Below the pieces are notes generated by a model, which was given only the letters and a program-made list of their open reading frames with translations, did not search any database and was not told the DNA's origin. This document shows positions 48,801 through 63,499 of a stretch of 64,000 nucleotides of DNA, piece after piece. The stretch's first letter is position 1. Every line of letters starts with the position of its first letter. Origin of the DNA: Lingula anatina (lineage: Eukaryota; Animalia; Brachiopoda). Location of the stretch: the NCBI GenBank assembly GCA_051362555.1, contig CM120640.1:14198001-14262000 (forward strand), written 5' to 3'. A program made the translations under genes and the position numbers.

Positions 48801-50939
48801 GCAGAGACAGCCACCTTCAGGTTGCCAGCTCATCAACCAAAGCTGGCTGCCAGCTATGGGATTTCATCAAACAAGGAATTACATTCCATAAGAAGTTCAT
48901 TGACTATGTTGTTGATTGTCAGAGTGTGTTTAGATCACACGCACGCCGCCATATTAAGAGGTAATAACTAACTACACCGATCCCCTGCCATCAACTTCAG
49001 TCCTTTTGAGAATTTTCAAGCCTTCGACAATCCCTAAATTGGACAAGTGTGATTACATGTTGTCAAATGATTTTCAATCAATGCACAAATGACTCTCCCA
49101 TCCTCCTCATCAAGCGAGATTAGTGTTGTAGCTAAGCCCAGAATTACACAAATTACTCTCTAATTGTTTAATCGGGACTAAAGACATGGGCTGAGCATTA
49201 ATACAGTGCTGCTGTGATTGTACATGACAACTGCACGGTTCCCATTGATCCCCTCCGCCCATTATTTTCTTGACAGGGTATTGCATAAGGGGAATTACAG
49301 GGAATATAGGGATCAATAATTTTAAGAGTTTTAACGCATAAACAGATGATGAAAATCTGTGGGCCTAGGCTGACCTTCCCTCCTAGTAGCCTGCTTTAAG
49401 TAAGTATGGATCACAGGGTAACCACAATGCAGTGTGACATACGGCACACATGTAATAAGCTCTACCACTAATACGCTGGCCCTTAGTAATAATCTGTGGC
49501 GTGCTTCGTGCCAATACTGTGATGGTGAGGTGTGTCTGGTACAACTAGGCTATCAAATTCATAAAATATTTCATATGGACTTGAATTTAAAAAAAAACTA
49601 AAAATCAGTAAAATGTACTATAATATGTTGCACTTGCAAACATTTTTATACTCCAAGTAAAGATAATTTTTTTTAAATTACAGTAATGTTAAGCCAAGGA
49701 AATCAAGTTAAACCAGGAGTAAAACATATCAGACTGACATTATAACTGACATAAACATTTGCATTCATAAATATTTATGGATATGTGGAGTGAAGAGTTA
49801 ACTAAGATGCCTCCCACATCAAAGTATAGAATGTTTTTTTTTTTTTTTTGGTGTTTTAGATTTTTCATGTTATTATATCTTGGCTGCTAGATCTTCATTA
49901 ATCTTCTAAACAAAGAACTGATGCCAATATTACATATTATTTAATGCTATCAGTATACAGAAACTGATTTTCTATCATACTGGTCACAACCCATTTCAAG
50001 AACCAAATATTGGTTTATCTCTGCACTATCCCCTTAAAATAGCTCAATCTGAGAATAATAAAACATAATTCTAGCTGATAGTTCGTAAAAATGAATTTTA
50101 CTACGAAAACAACATCTTGTTTACTGAAAATTTTCAACTGAACAAATAACTCTCTTTTTTATGTGCAATATACGTGAGGATATGTAAACAGAATTCATTT
50201 TATCTTCCTGCCTGGTAAGTTTATCATTCAAACATGACAGAAGAAGGGTAAGAATTCAGGACGAGACCATTTATAAAATGAATAAAGATGTTGACACATG
50301 AGAAAATGTTCCAACCATTTCAAATTTTGATCTGCCTTCTTATAAGACTTCTTACTACAAGAAAATAATCCAAAAAGACAACTACTCAAGCCCAAACAAC
50401 TAATCTGAAGTAACACACACATGCAAGCATGCACACACGCACACACTATAATGTCTTTGTCTAAAAGCTCAGACGAAATTGTCAAGCATCCTTGCAAATA
50501 TGGATAAAAGAACATCTATAAAATATAGATAATAAATACAGGTACCACAATTTTTTTCTACTTACATTTAATACAATACGTGCTAAATGCCTGTTCACAC
50601 ACTGATTCTTGGGTCATGTCTCAGTCCCTTGAAGATTTGTGGAAAACTCGTGACATTCATGTATACACGCACACACACACACACACACACACATCCTTTG
50701 TGTGCAGACAGATGACTTAGCACAAATAAAAGTACCTTTTATTTCAGACGATAAAATCTGCAATGACATCTCTTTTGCAGAAAGAAAGTCGAAAATATAC
50801 TTAAGAGACATTCTTTCTGTTTATCAGTGTGTTAAAAATAGAACAAGTTGTAAACAATCATTCTAAAATGTTACGATGTAAACAATCATTCTAAAATGTT
50901 ATGTGTGAGCCTCAGCCTATTTAACATGATGCACTTTTA

Positions 50940-51230
50940 CTGTACACTTGATATCTTGTTCACATTGGATTTAAGATAAAACATTTTAGTCCGTCATTTG
51001 GTTTCCTGTTCACATCAGTTTCAAGCTAAAAATTTTATCAGGTGTTTTGTTCACTTCAATTAAACATTCTAGCTGAATGCCTGGTATCCTATTCGCATCA
51101 GTTTTTAAATAAAGCATTTAAGCTGTACATTTGGAATCAAGTTCACATCAGTTTTTAGATAAAACATTTTAGCTGTGCATTTGTTATCCTGTTCACACTG
51201 GCTTAGGATAAAACATTTTAGCTGTACATA
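50940..51230. repeat. Degenerate minisatellite, unit about 50 nt, 5-6 copies
   Basis: Recurring TGTTCACATCAGTTTTTAGATAAAACATTTTAGCTGT; separate 25-nt direct repeat at about 50849-50901. Confidence 0.7.
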
Positions 51231-53151
51231 AAAGGCTTGTCAGGTATGGTTATTACTTATTAAATACAAACATGATGAATTTCCACCAAATGTTTTGTAA
51301 GTAATACCGAATATAATGATTCGAAAGTCTTGATAACTTAATTAACTTTGTATAAGAAAGCAAATTTCTATGAGATAAGAGATAAGAGTAAGTTAGATAC
51401 TTGAAAATTTTACACAAATTCCATAAATTCAGGCACAAATTATAGTTGCAATATTTAGTTAAATTGTTCTACTACTAATTTATCTAGGGTAAAATTAGAC
51501 TGAAATTATGGTCCAGAAGTTTAGAATAATGTAGAATAGATCCCTGCTTCAGTCATGATAGGAAAGATAACAAGGTTGGGAGGGGGAAAGGGGGAGGGGG
51601 GTTGGCTTCTTGTGACAGCTTCTTACAATTAGGGATCTTTATCAGTTTTCATTTCTACCATTCAGTCTTTTTGAGATCACCATATAAAAAGGCATTGTAA
51701 GCCTTTTTCAATTTGTCAACAAACAAAAGTTCTGTATCTGTCATTTTGTGACACTTTTTAATATCTACAATTGACAAAAGGTTGAATGTCACTGAAGAAA
51801 GGTATTCTTAGTGAACATGGTCTTTTTATCATTAAGTTGCACTTTTAATTGAGGTCTTGGTGAACATAAAGAGAGAAATCTATCTGCTTTCATATCCATA
51901 ACATACTGGATACACTATTTTACCTACCCTGATGTAAATGAATAAGTAATAAGAAATATATCGCTAAACATGACTATTTCATATACCTGTCATATACAGG
52001 CTATAACATTTAGTAGCAATGATGTTATGAATAACTTGAGGGCTCTTTGCTAGATGTTCAAAGCTTTTCTGCAAGTGGTTTCGGTCAGGGCCTATTTTCA
52101 CAGGTGAAGAATATATATGTGGAACACGGTATTCCGTAGCATTGCTCTAGAAATGTGGGGACCAAACCATCCACTCGGCATCATTCTTAAAGTTTCATAT
52201 TCTACGACCACTGAAATACAAGACTGCACCTACTAACATAAACAGTGAAGCAGAGAACCTTGGCCATGCATTAACAGGGGCGGGTCCAGACAGATTTTCT
52301 GTCAGTCTTCCAAATTATCTTTGTTGATCCATGCTCCATTTTTGATCGTCTTCCGACAGAAAAAAATTAGATTCACATCAAGATCTTATTTAAAAGTGCA
52401 AGTTAATGATAAAAAGACCGTGTACACATTATTATGTAAACTTAGAAAAATTCTGACCATCTTTTGGAAGACCCAGAAGACAGCCTCCATCTGCCCAAGA
52501 TTTACATAAGGGTACCTTATAAACTTCTCTTGTCCTGCTCACCCCTTCCCCTCCCTTGTTTTCATGATCTTGGAACTGAATCTTTCATTACTTAGATCCT
52601 GATTTGATATACGGTTACCTCAGAGTTAAGTTATAATCTGCAGCCAACATTCTGATCAGTGGTTAACAAGTTAAATTGATTGCTGCCACAGCAACTGTTG
52701 TTTTTCTCCAATTTGTGCTAAATATAGGATAGGCAAGCAGCTTAAACTTATGAAATAATTAAGCAGGTGATTTAAAAACGGATTTCAAAGTGTCAGTTTT
52801 TAACAGAAGCTGCCCCAATGAAGATAATTTTAGCATTGTTAACTTTCCCATTAACAGCTAGGAATTAATTATTTCCAAAGGAAAAAATATAGTTATTTTC
52901 AGACATCTTACGTATCTGCTAACAATTATAATTCTCTATGGCTTTATTTTCAACATCTAGTTAGAGATAAATAGCTATCAATGTCTTAAATCTTCTCTCT
53001 GGCACTATGTAAATGATGTCCATTTGTTCCCTCACTCCTTATCTTTTTTAAAAGTAAAAGCAGACCTTTAAAAAAAAAATGTTCAGCTTATTGAACCACA
53101 TATTTTTTCTTGTCTGATGACTTTGTGAGGGTTATGCCCACCTACTTCAAA

Positions 53152-53401
53152 TAGGCCAGTATTGGGCTGGGGGTACATCCAGTAGGCCAGTATTGGACTG
53201 GGGGTACATCCATTAGGCCAGTATTGGGCTGGGGGGTACATCCATTAGGCCAGTATTGGGCTGGGGGTACATCCATTAGGCCAGTATTGGGCTGGGGGTA
53301 CATCCATTAGGCCAGTATTGGGCTGGGGGTACATCCAGTGGGCCAGTATTGGGCTGGGGGTACATCCATTAGACCAGTATTGGGCTGGGGGTACATCCAG
53401 T
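53152..53401. repeat. Homogeneous 31-nt G-rich minisatellite, 8 copies
   Basis: Unit TAGGCCAGTATTGGGCTGGGGGTACATCCA(G/T), head-to-tail, few substitutions. Confidence 0.95.
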
Positions 53402-56400
53402 GGCAGAGGATATAAGGGGAATGGAGTAAAGAAAATTGGCCTATCCAGACCTCGGTTATAATAAAAGTGGTGTGTATGGTAATTGTTAATAAAATTTGAT
53501 CAAAAAGAAATTAACACTTTTCACCAAAACAATGTTTGATATGCTTATTCTAAAGTTCTGAAAAGTGAATTGGTTTCACATCAGAAAGTACATTTTTGTC
53601 AGATACTAAAAATGATAATTCTTGAAAAAAGTCAAATACTGGATTAAATCAGGCATTCAAAAACTCCAACCGTCAGAAATTGCTGTATATGCTTGATTCA
53701 TTTATTAAACAGTTCAAAAAAGGTATTCAATTCAAGGATGGTTGAATATCTAATGCGCTGATCATTGTTTTTTAAAAATTTTATCAGAAATTTGTGTGAA
53801 ATAGGCCTACTACAGCATTTCTTCTTTTAGCTTTGGGTCATCTTTGAATTTTGTTCACATCAGATGTCATGATTATCAGTAGTACAAATTATGAAGATGA
53901 TCTTTTCCAGTGTGAAATAACCCAATATAAAGTTGGATTGCATGAATTATTTTATCACATTTACTGCAGAGATGATGTACATCGGTATTTGAATGACCTG
54001 AATGACCAGCAATACCATATACATAACTTCTATTTTTAAATTAACAACTTCTACTTGATTCCAATTAAATAATATCTAATATACAGAATCTGAGGGGACA
54101 AAACCTCAGATATTGCGTAATTTATTGTGTGAAGCCTGCACTGACCTACAAAAATAGTGGTAATTGTATTAATGAGCATGATTTTAACTTAAAAAGATGG
54201 CCAACTATCCTAGGTGCTATAATATCAAGAGGACTTGGTCTGTAAAAGTAGAGCATTTTGGTGATTATTAATATAATTACTGCCCACACGATTTCTGCCA
54301 CTGTCTAATGATAATAATAAGAAGAGAAGGACAGGAGAGAATGTGATGATGACTGCACAAGGTCCCCGCACAGGGGGTGAGCTAACTGGTCTTGAAGGCA
54401 AAATTTGTATGTTAGAATTAAGATAAAGGAAGGATAAAAAAAGGCTTTTAGTATATGTGGCTGTTAAAACCAAAATATCACAACTTTTGGACAAATAACC
54501 ATCGCCACCATCATTTTCTATTGGTTGATTGATGAATTGGTTGATTGCCAATTTGAACTGAATGGCTGAAAGTTTTCTGTCATTTTTCGGAATTATTTCT
54601 AGAAAAAAAAACAATGACAGCAGAAAAAAGCAAGTTGATTAATATCGTTTTTTTTAAGAAAATGTCAAGCATGACTGATATAATTTGATCACTGAATATT
54701 GTCATGTAAAGGTTTCTTTCCTCAGCCATGAACAAATTTGTCCTCAACTATCTACAAATAAACCTGTTTGTGTCTTTTTCCATATCCCCCCCCCAAAAAA
54801 AAAAAAAAAAAAAAGTCTGATCCATGTCTGAATGTCACGCCAGGTTGAATTCGCTGAGAAACAAAAGATCTTGGTTGTAGTCTTGTTAATTCTACCTCTT
54901 TGCTCCTTAATCAATAACTGAGTGAAAACAACGCCGAGCCTTGCCAACAAAGCATGTTTGAAAAATGTTATTAACAAGCAATTTCCATGGCAACTGTAGA
55001 AGTTTTCCTACAGTTTGATTAAAAAGCGGCACAGGAAAATTGTAATTGCTGTTTCCTGCGTCAGCTAATTTTGACTGACATTCTCATCCCTAGGGTATGA
55101 CGGTGCTGATACTGGATGCATGAACAAAAAAAAAAAAAAGAAAAAAAAAAAAAAAAGAAATCCTGCCTTGTGACATACGTGAGAAAAGCACACCTTCCAT
55201 TCTGAGCCTGCCTTGGCACCCAGTGTGATCAGCTTCCTAACAATAATTGTTCTGATCCCTGGTAAAGTATGAGCAGAAGGTCAGAGGCTCAGGGCATGTG
55301 ATAGATTTCTAATTAATACAACACTTTCTTCGCTGAACGAATTAAGGACAACACAGTACGTATTACTGGAAACAGAGACTACAAAGCAATAATTCAATTT
55401 GGGGGTATTAGTTTCCACCTCTGTGCATCTCCTGAAAACTGCCAAATGAGAGAAAAAATTTCATGCAAATTGCGTAGTACCCGAGCGCCCGGCAGTCTGT
55501 GTGCTCAGTAATCTTGTTTTCTGCGGTTGTGACCAGCATTTCTGGAAGTCATTCAATGATTGAAGTGCTTAATTGCTCACATTGTGAAGCGGACCTAATC
55601 TTTTTTGTTCCTTCTTACTTGGATAAGCTTGACTCCACTGATCTGTACTTGACTACTGCTATTCTCTACGGACTGTGACAAATGTATTTATTCTGACAGA
55701 GAAACATACAACAACTTCTTCTTACCAACAAAAATAATTTGACACCTATAGCTTGTTGAAAAAAAGTCTTATGTTTGCAATAAACACACAGACACAGAGA
55801 CACACATATATGGGAATGTGACAAAAATAGTAATGCAATCATGAAGCAACAGGAATTTTGGCAAATATTACAATTTAAAGGCTTCAGCGAGCGTTAATCA
55901 TGCTTCCCTTCCCACTTTTCATTTCCTTCATTGTCCTTAACAATTTTCACCTTGACAATACTCTGAGCTCCTATTTTTATGCCCCTTAAAAATATGAGAG
56001 GAAAAAATATGTTATTTTTTGTGGTCTTGGGGAGTCACCTGAATAACCCATAGTCAGATCCGGAAATGTATTCAAATAAATAAAATATCTTAAGAAATGA
56101 CAGAATTATCTAAGTGATGGGTGTTTAAAAATTGCACAAAGAAGCCAAGATATAAAAACCATATAACAGTTTTGAACTGCCAAAATCAAGGCAAACTATT
56201 ACTAATATAATCTATGAGGCTTCTCACCATTTTCACTAACCACAAAACCAATATATAAAGATGAGGAAGCCAGTCTAGGATGAAAAAAAGTGCAATGTTT
56301 CTATAACACTGGCAAAACTGACATTTAACTGTTTCAAAAATTTGTTCTATCCGGATATGTGATCTTTTTCATATATAATAAGATGTATATAAAACAATCT

Positions 56401-57042
56401 CCCTTCCAGAACTTTCTTCCACTCTGATGTTCAACTAAACAGGAGATTATGATATGATAGTCACTTAAAACTTTCAAATACCTCTCTCATTCCAGAAGTT
56501 CACTTTTTCAAGAATTATTATTATTATTTAATGCATTTTTGACATGAAGCCAACTCACTTTTAAAACTTTTGTGATGAAATATTTTAAACATGTCATCTT
56601 TAGGACATAAAATGATTATCAATCACAAAACTTAATCTATTTTGATACAAAAATGAGCTTCCTTTGTCTTTCATTATGTCTAACAGTGCAAAAATCTTGT
56701 GAACCTTCAATAAAGCTATAATAAGTTGGAATGTAAAATCAAGCAATTTTTCTGCAGGTTTATTAACTTTTTGTTCATTTGTTTTTCGGGATGGGGACAT
56801 TAGCAGGGTCCTGAAGGTAACAGAAAGTGATCTGGAATTTGATTTTAAATACAGGGATCTGTAGAATGTCTCATAAGATAATGTAACATTCAACTCTTGA
56901 AATACTGATTTTCTTCAGAAGCATTCATAAGATCTGTTATTATCTTTCATTTTTTCTATTCTAATCTTCTAGTATTTTCATTTTTTCTAGGTTCAACCAT
57001 TCAACTTTTAAAAACATTTCTTCTTTGCATTGCTTTCAATAC

Positions 57043-57077
<35 letters not shown>

Positions 57078-60000
57078 CACACACTTTCACTTTGTTCAAA
57101 TATGACAAAATGTATTTTTAAAAACTACTCCTAAGTCACCCGCATCCCTGTCAAATACATATGACTTCCAGTGTTGCATTCTACGCTACTTTGAAAGCCT
57201 CTATGTTATCAAGACAAAAAAATTACCCCTAAAAAGCAATACTTAGGCACACCTACACGCACACACATACTACTTCGCCACCATCATAATAATAATCCAA
57301 CCATCATGGTCTTGATGTTGATTGCTGGTTGCCTGCTATCTCAGCACCCTTATGACCATCTTCTACACAGGTCTTGACGATGATCCACTGGTATAAGCTA
57401 CATAATTTTCCTTTCAATGGTGGTACTTACAAGCAATAGCAACAAAATTAACGATGCAATAAGACTACCACAGTGATTTTGCGTCAATCATTTTGTGGGT
57501 CATTTTTACTACCGTTTTCATACAACAAGTCATTCTGCTGCAAATGTTAGCATTTGTGAGAACAGTTACAAAATTAGAGATGCCATAAGAATACATTGGA
57601 AATATTGAGTACATCAGTGAATGTGTTTACAATATATGTATATGATAAATCTAGTAAGTTCCCCCAAGTATGGCCACAGCTAGAAGAAACAGAAATTAAA
57701 TTAGATGGAAAACATAGAAACTTTGGTTTCTCTTCTACAAAAACCTCTAACACATGTACATGGCAAGGCATTAAAGAGCAATGGCAATAAATCTGACACT
57801 TGAGGAAAATATAACTCAGAAATACTGAGTCCAACAATTTTACTAGATCTTAAGAGTAGATTACAAGGGATATCTTATGTAAAGCTGTTAAAAATTATGT
57901 TAGTCAAAATTATAGCAGCATATCTTTTTTCATACAGTGTGACACTGAAACATAATAATAATAATAACAATAACAACAATTATTATTATTATTTGAAATG
58001 CTTTAGGAAATGGCATATTTCTTGAAAACTGAGCGAGGAGAAAAATAAAATCATCAAATGATAACTGCATTTTAAAATTTTTATTCAATGTTTAGGTAGG
58101 AAATGTTCTTAGTTTTAATAGTGGATTTTTTTTTCAATCTGCTCCTTTTCAGACTTTGAAGCCCTTGAGCCAATTTAAATCTTTAACAGAAAAAAATACA
58201 CACACACACACAAAGAAATAAAAGATGCTTGATTGAAATTAAAACAGACAACTAATATTCTAAGAACCAAGAGAACAGAACAGAAAATATAGAGGTAAAG
58301 AATACTTAAATGTGTATACATCAATATTTATCAATAAAAACAGATAAATCTAAATCAAATAAGAATTAAAAGAGATGTTCAAAAATATGATCTTCCTTGA
58401 ATGAAACCCTGTGTACTGAATTCTTTTTCTTTTTCATCCCTCGAGGCCTTTAAAATATTTCTAAAATACATTAGCCTTTTCCTTCTTTTTTCATCTCTGT
58501 TAACTTTTTTTTACAAGATTTATCATGACCCAAATCTGAGAAAGAAATCAGTGGGGAGACACACGGGAGAGACACAAGGGATCAACTTTGTGAAGTGTGC
58601 ACTCTACCTCTGCCATTGTAATTAATTGTTCAATCAAGGGAATACACTGCTCTGTTTGAGGTGTTTAGAGGTTGTGCTCGAAGTTGTCTGTCTCCAGTGC
58701 GACATGCCATATTGTCACATTTCTATTGTCCGCTGGCGGCACCTAGTATTGTGCATGGCACCAGCCAAGTGCGAGGGAGAACCGAGAAGAAATCTGAAGT
58801 GATGGGGTGGAAACAACAAAAGAGATCAGATCCCGCTGTCTGTCTGTGAGGCTCGCTTGCCGCCTAATAGCGAGGTGAGGGATTACTGCACAATGTGGCT
58901 AAGTTACTAAATTAATTGTATGATGAGTGGGATTCAATGGGGAGGGAGAATAAGCTGCAAACAAAGCCTGCAGGAGGCCCCGCTATCTCCTCCTAACCAC
59001 ACCTAAGACATACACTACCAGGGCCATAGAAAACACACAATACGGGACCCAAACCTTATCAACAGAACATCTTACGTTAGCAGCATATTATTCTTCACAT
59101 CACAATTCTCAGTGATTTTTGGGTACTGGTTTGTTTGTGATTGTAAATAATTGTCTTTTTATAACACCCTCAAGTACAAAAGAAAATACTGCACTGGCTT
59201 ATCTCCCAGTCAGTGAATTGGACACCTGTCTCTATTACCTGAATTGCTAGTTATCATCTCCTCATCACCCACAGCTCAAGTTCATTCTTATCTTATGATA
59301 ATTACTCACTCTGTATTTTTTTACTATACTTCCATGGCAAAAAGCTGCCATTTATATATAGAGCACACCACACCACACTCAGAGTCTTCCAGTACACGTT
59401 TCTATGTAAGCATGCCTATTCCATTACAACTGCTGAAGACCTAGGACAATATAGAGACAACTTAAGGTTTCTGTGGCTCGCTGGCCTGGCTCTTACCTGA
59501 CACGGTCTGGTCAGTTAGTCAGTCAAGCGGTGGTGATAATGGTGGCGGGAGGTCTAGCAGGCTACCAGCCCATGTAATTTGTGCAGCACATTTGCAATTG
59601 CCGGCCCAAATGAGACAGTAGAAGAAATCTGATCTATCACTCCTATTAGTTGACAAAAAGGCCACTGCCATCTGAGCTCGCTACCGAAAAGGAGAGGCAT
59701 ATACAGACAGCCAGTCAAGCCTGGCTTGCTCATTTGAAAGCCAGGCGACTTCCACATCAATTCAATTTAGACTACTGATTTTTTATGGCTGCTCACTTTT
59801 TTAATACCAGTGTTCCTGTACAATGACATTTTCAATTTAGTCTGCTTAAACCGTAAACTGAGCATGTCCAAAACTTTGTTTTGACGACTTTGAAGTTTGA
59901 TAGGGAACTGAAAACAGAAAATTACTTTAAAAAAAAGGAAAAACAAAAAAGGATAAAAAACCCCGAAAAGTACTTTTCGTAAGTGTTGTCCATTTCTTTA

Positions 60001-63000
60001 AGACAAATCTGGAAAGTCAAACACAGCAGCACTTTTTACTTCAAAATCACTTCAGTTATAAACAAAACTTCTCCTTTCAGAGTCAAAACTAAGGAAAAAA
60101 GGATAACAACAAACGTGTCAAAAATGTCACTGACCATTGATCTTTGCTGGCTTTCTTAATTTACCAAATCTATAAGAATTACTACTGGAAAGGACCTATC
60201 TACTGTAATATCAAAGTAATTCAACACAAGATGCTTTTAGCAACTCTCAGTTAATGTACTTTTCCACCCCACAGGGGATGAACTGGCAGCACAAGGCCAA
60301 AGATTGGACTGATACGCCAAGACATGATTCAATCAGTAAATTTGTCTGTTGGCTGAAAGGTATAATTTTGCTCTTTCTAAAGTATGTGGCTGCAGTCCAG
60401 CTAATTTGTTATGTAAAACTACTTGTCGGGCTTTTATCTTTAACTAGAGCCATGACAACAGAAATATATACAGAATCATGATGGTGCTAGCAGGGTGTTT
60501 CTTCACGAAGTTGGAAAATTTGCTACAATCTGTTTCTCTTAAATAATTTACAATTTGCCAGAACAATCTGTGATACACACACACATCAATTACTGTTGAA
60601 ATATTTACTTCCCACTGAATGACATCAAGCAATATAAGTTGAAATCTGTTTTTATTTGATTACAGTAACACTCCTGAGTGAAATATTAATATTATTCCCC
60701 CTACTTCGACTCACAAAAATTACTATCAATTTAGAAAACTTTCATATTATGCTGTAACAACAAGTGCATATCTATATAATTAATAGGTGGTTATATAGAA
60801 TTCCTTATCATTTAATGAAATTTAGTTTAATACTTTTTCTAGATGATGATTTTAGATGATGATGATGATGATTTTACATAAAGCATGGCCAAAACCCACA
60901 ATGCCAGAACTTGAAAGTTCTGGAGCCTCTTGGATGACCATTGACAGCTCAATGCAGACGATATAGTTTCATTTTCCAGCCAGGAATGAACAACATCAAG
61001 TTTCTAAGAGGACCACAGTGACCACAAGTCCAGTGTATGACAGGGACACCTGGATACATCAGTCCCTAGATTGTAACCCCAAAAGATCATTCCTCTCTGA
61101 CCACAGGGTGCGCTAGCAGTCTGGTACAAAAGTTAAGTATTGTATCGCTCATACTTGACTTTTATTTTAGAAGCCTATGATGTTAGAGGGTAACAGATCA
61201 TCTTGTCTGGGACAAGCTGGGAGCCAAGAAAGTGTAAAGAGGATAGGGTGTCAAAGAACGCCAGATTATTATTTAAAAAAATATAACAGTTGTTGAGATG
61301 TGTATGTTGAGGTCATATATATTGGCTCAAATACATGTAGTATAAGGAAATGAGTTAGAGAGCAGTAGGCAAGTTTGCATGGGACTGATAAATCTTTTCT
61401 AAAAACCCCTTTAAACTGGAGGGCATCCTTTCTGTGTCCTTTGAGCAAGCATGAAGCTGGCATCATTGTAGTCACAGAAAGGAGGCACAAGCATCACTTT
61501 GGTTGCAGTATGAATGCTCAGTGATCGGCCAGTTGTTGGCATGTAATTTTTTTTTATGCTCAAACGGGGCCATACTCTAGGATGCAGAAAGGACGTTGTC
61601 TAGTGTAAAAGTGGGCACACTCAATTCCAGCTGGTGCTCTTGGATTTGAGTTTTGACATCAAGCACCCAGTGTCACCCAGCACTCAACAAAATCTACGAA
61701 GACAAAATTTTAACCTGTCAGTTACAAATATCCTGGAGTTTTATTAAGTAAAAACAATTTCAATGAATGATAACAGGGTGTTTATGAGATAGGGAAATAT
61801 TAAGTGAAATTTCAATGACTAATGAAAATTGCTTTTTGAGAAATTAAGATTTTTAGTTCTAAAAGTTTTTTCAGTTGACATTCCCACAAATGAATTATCT
61901 ATATAAGTGGGTGTTGCAAAGGTTACAGATGATCAGTAAATTTTTTAAACCACTTCAATATACATTTATATATATTTTGCCATATTTTCAAATATTGCTC
62001 CTTTTTTTTTATAACTGTGCACATGTTACTGTAGCCTGCTTTTTGTCATGTGCTGCTACCATACTATCACAATCATATAATTATCTGTAATCATATTAAA
62101 ACCCAACCCAGAGCCTACTGCACTAGATTTGACACTTAAAGCTAAAGTTGACATGCATGGTGTCAAATTCGATGTTCACAACTTTATCAGTTTATAATGT
62201 CTACGTACTCAATTTTTGAGGTTGAATAAAAAATATGAACTCTTGGCTTTTTGTAACAATTGTTATGCCAAACATGACATCTTTTGGTGATCCCTGCCCT
62301 TCACACAGCTGTTGATAAGATTTTATTTTGTTAAGTTTTTTTAAATTATAAAATGTCAACCTTTTAAGAGACCAAAAAAAATAAGGTTATGATACACACT
62401 GCTGATTTTCAAGGTTAAAAATTCAACTGGCATAGGTCTGCAAAAGTGACTCCACTATTACCATGCCATATCACCTTCATTTGATAACTCATTATCAGCT
62501 CACATAATGTGTGTGAAAAATCTCAGACATCTCCCTTTGAAGGGGTCACAGGATGATGTAAGACGTGTCAAATTTCATGTCCCTCCTTTTCACCCAGTTA
62601 TGTTAATATCATCTGATAATGGATAATCATCTGACGAGTTGTGTGAACACTGCGCGCCTAGGGTGCCCTTTGCTGGGTGATGTAAGCCGGGCCAAACTCG
62701 CTGTTTATCTCTAGACCGCTGTCATTGTCAACTGTGAATAAAGACGACTGCCTCCCAGCAGCAGGTGTAATCTCTGCTTTCCACCTGCTTTTATTAATAA
62801 GCTTCAGTGACTGTCTCTCTCTCTCTCTCCTCCACCACTGGCCAGTAAGTCTGCAGTGTATGTACAGGAGTGTGCCCAGTGCAAAGTGCAATCACAGACC
62901 AACTACCAAAAAAGCTATTCAAACAAAAACTGACACCTTGAATAATAATCTCTTCACACCACATGGTCCCAAGTCTTAAATTTTCATCTTTCTTTCTTTT

Positions 63001-63499
63001 TCTCTATTCAGCTTTGATGCAGTTTTGATTATTTTGTTACATTACGGTATATTTGCCTGGGGTCACCAGGACATATTTGTGGCCATAGTTAATGTCTTTT
63101 TTTGCTAAACAATTACAAAATTAAATATTATGATAATGATAACAACAATCATAACCATAATAATAAATTAATTTAAAAAAATGGAAAAATATTATTTAGT
63201 CACAGCTTGAATGATATTTCCATACAGTGAGAAAAGTGTGACAAGTTGTGGCAAACCTAGTGTGTGGTGACGCGTGTGGTCATGTCTACTTACTCTAGTG
63301 CCATCTATCTTCATCCTAGGTTAATAAGAGACGTAACAGCTTGGTAACCAGTTTGTGTGGTATGTGAAGATTTAACCTTAGTTACATTTCCATTTAGATC
63401 TATAATGAGATGTCTAATCATTGTGACAGGTATACATTACTACTATTATTTTTTCTTTTTCCTTTCTCTCTTTCTTAGCAAACATAATTGTGTGTTGTG

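Noticed and set aside
53152-53401. CRISPR-like array of 31-nt repeats
   Set aside because: The repeats are head-to-tail with no unique spacers, there are no cas genes, and the context is eukaryotic: it is a minisatellite.
57431-57537. Minus-strand exon-like segment with CTAAC branch, cag acceptor and gtaagt donor
   Set aside because: Stop codons in all three frames; no support beyond the splice-like motifs.
60840-61130. (GAT)n tract followed by SINE-like sequence
   Set aside because: No clear Pol III A/B boxes and no second copy in the window; too degenerate to call.
37300-63000. Numerous 60-130 aa ORFs upstream of Tbx2/3
   Set aside because: Low-complexity or random-like translations, many with non-ATG starts, no domains and no consistent splice structure.
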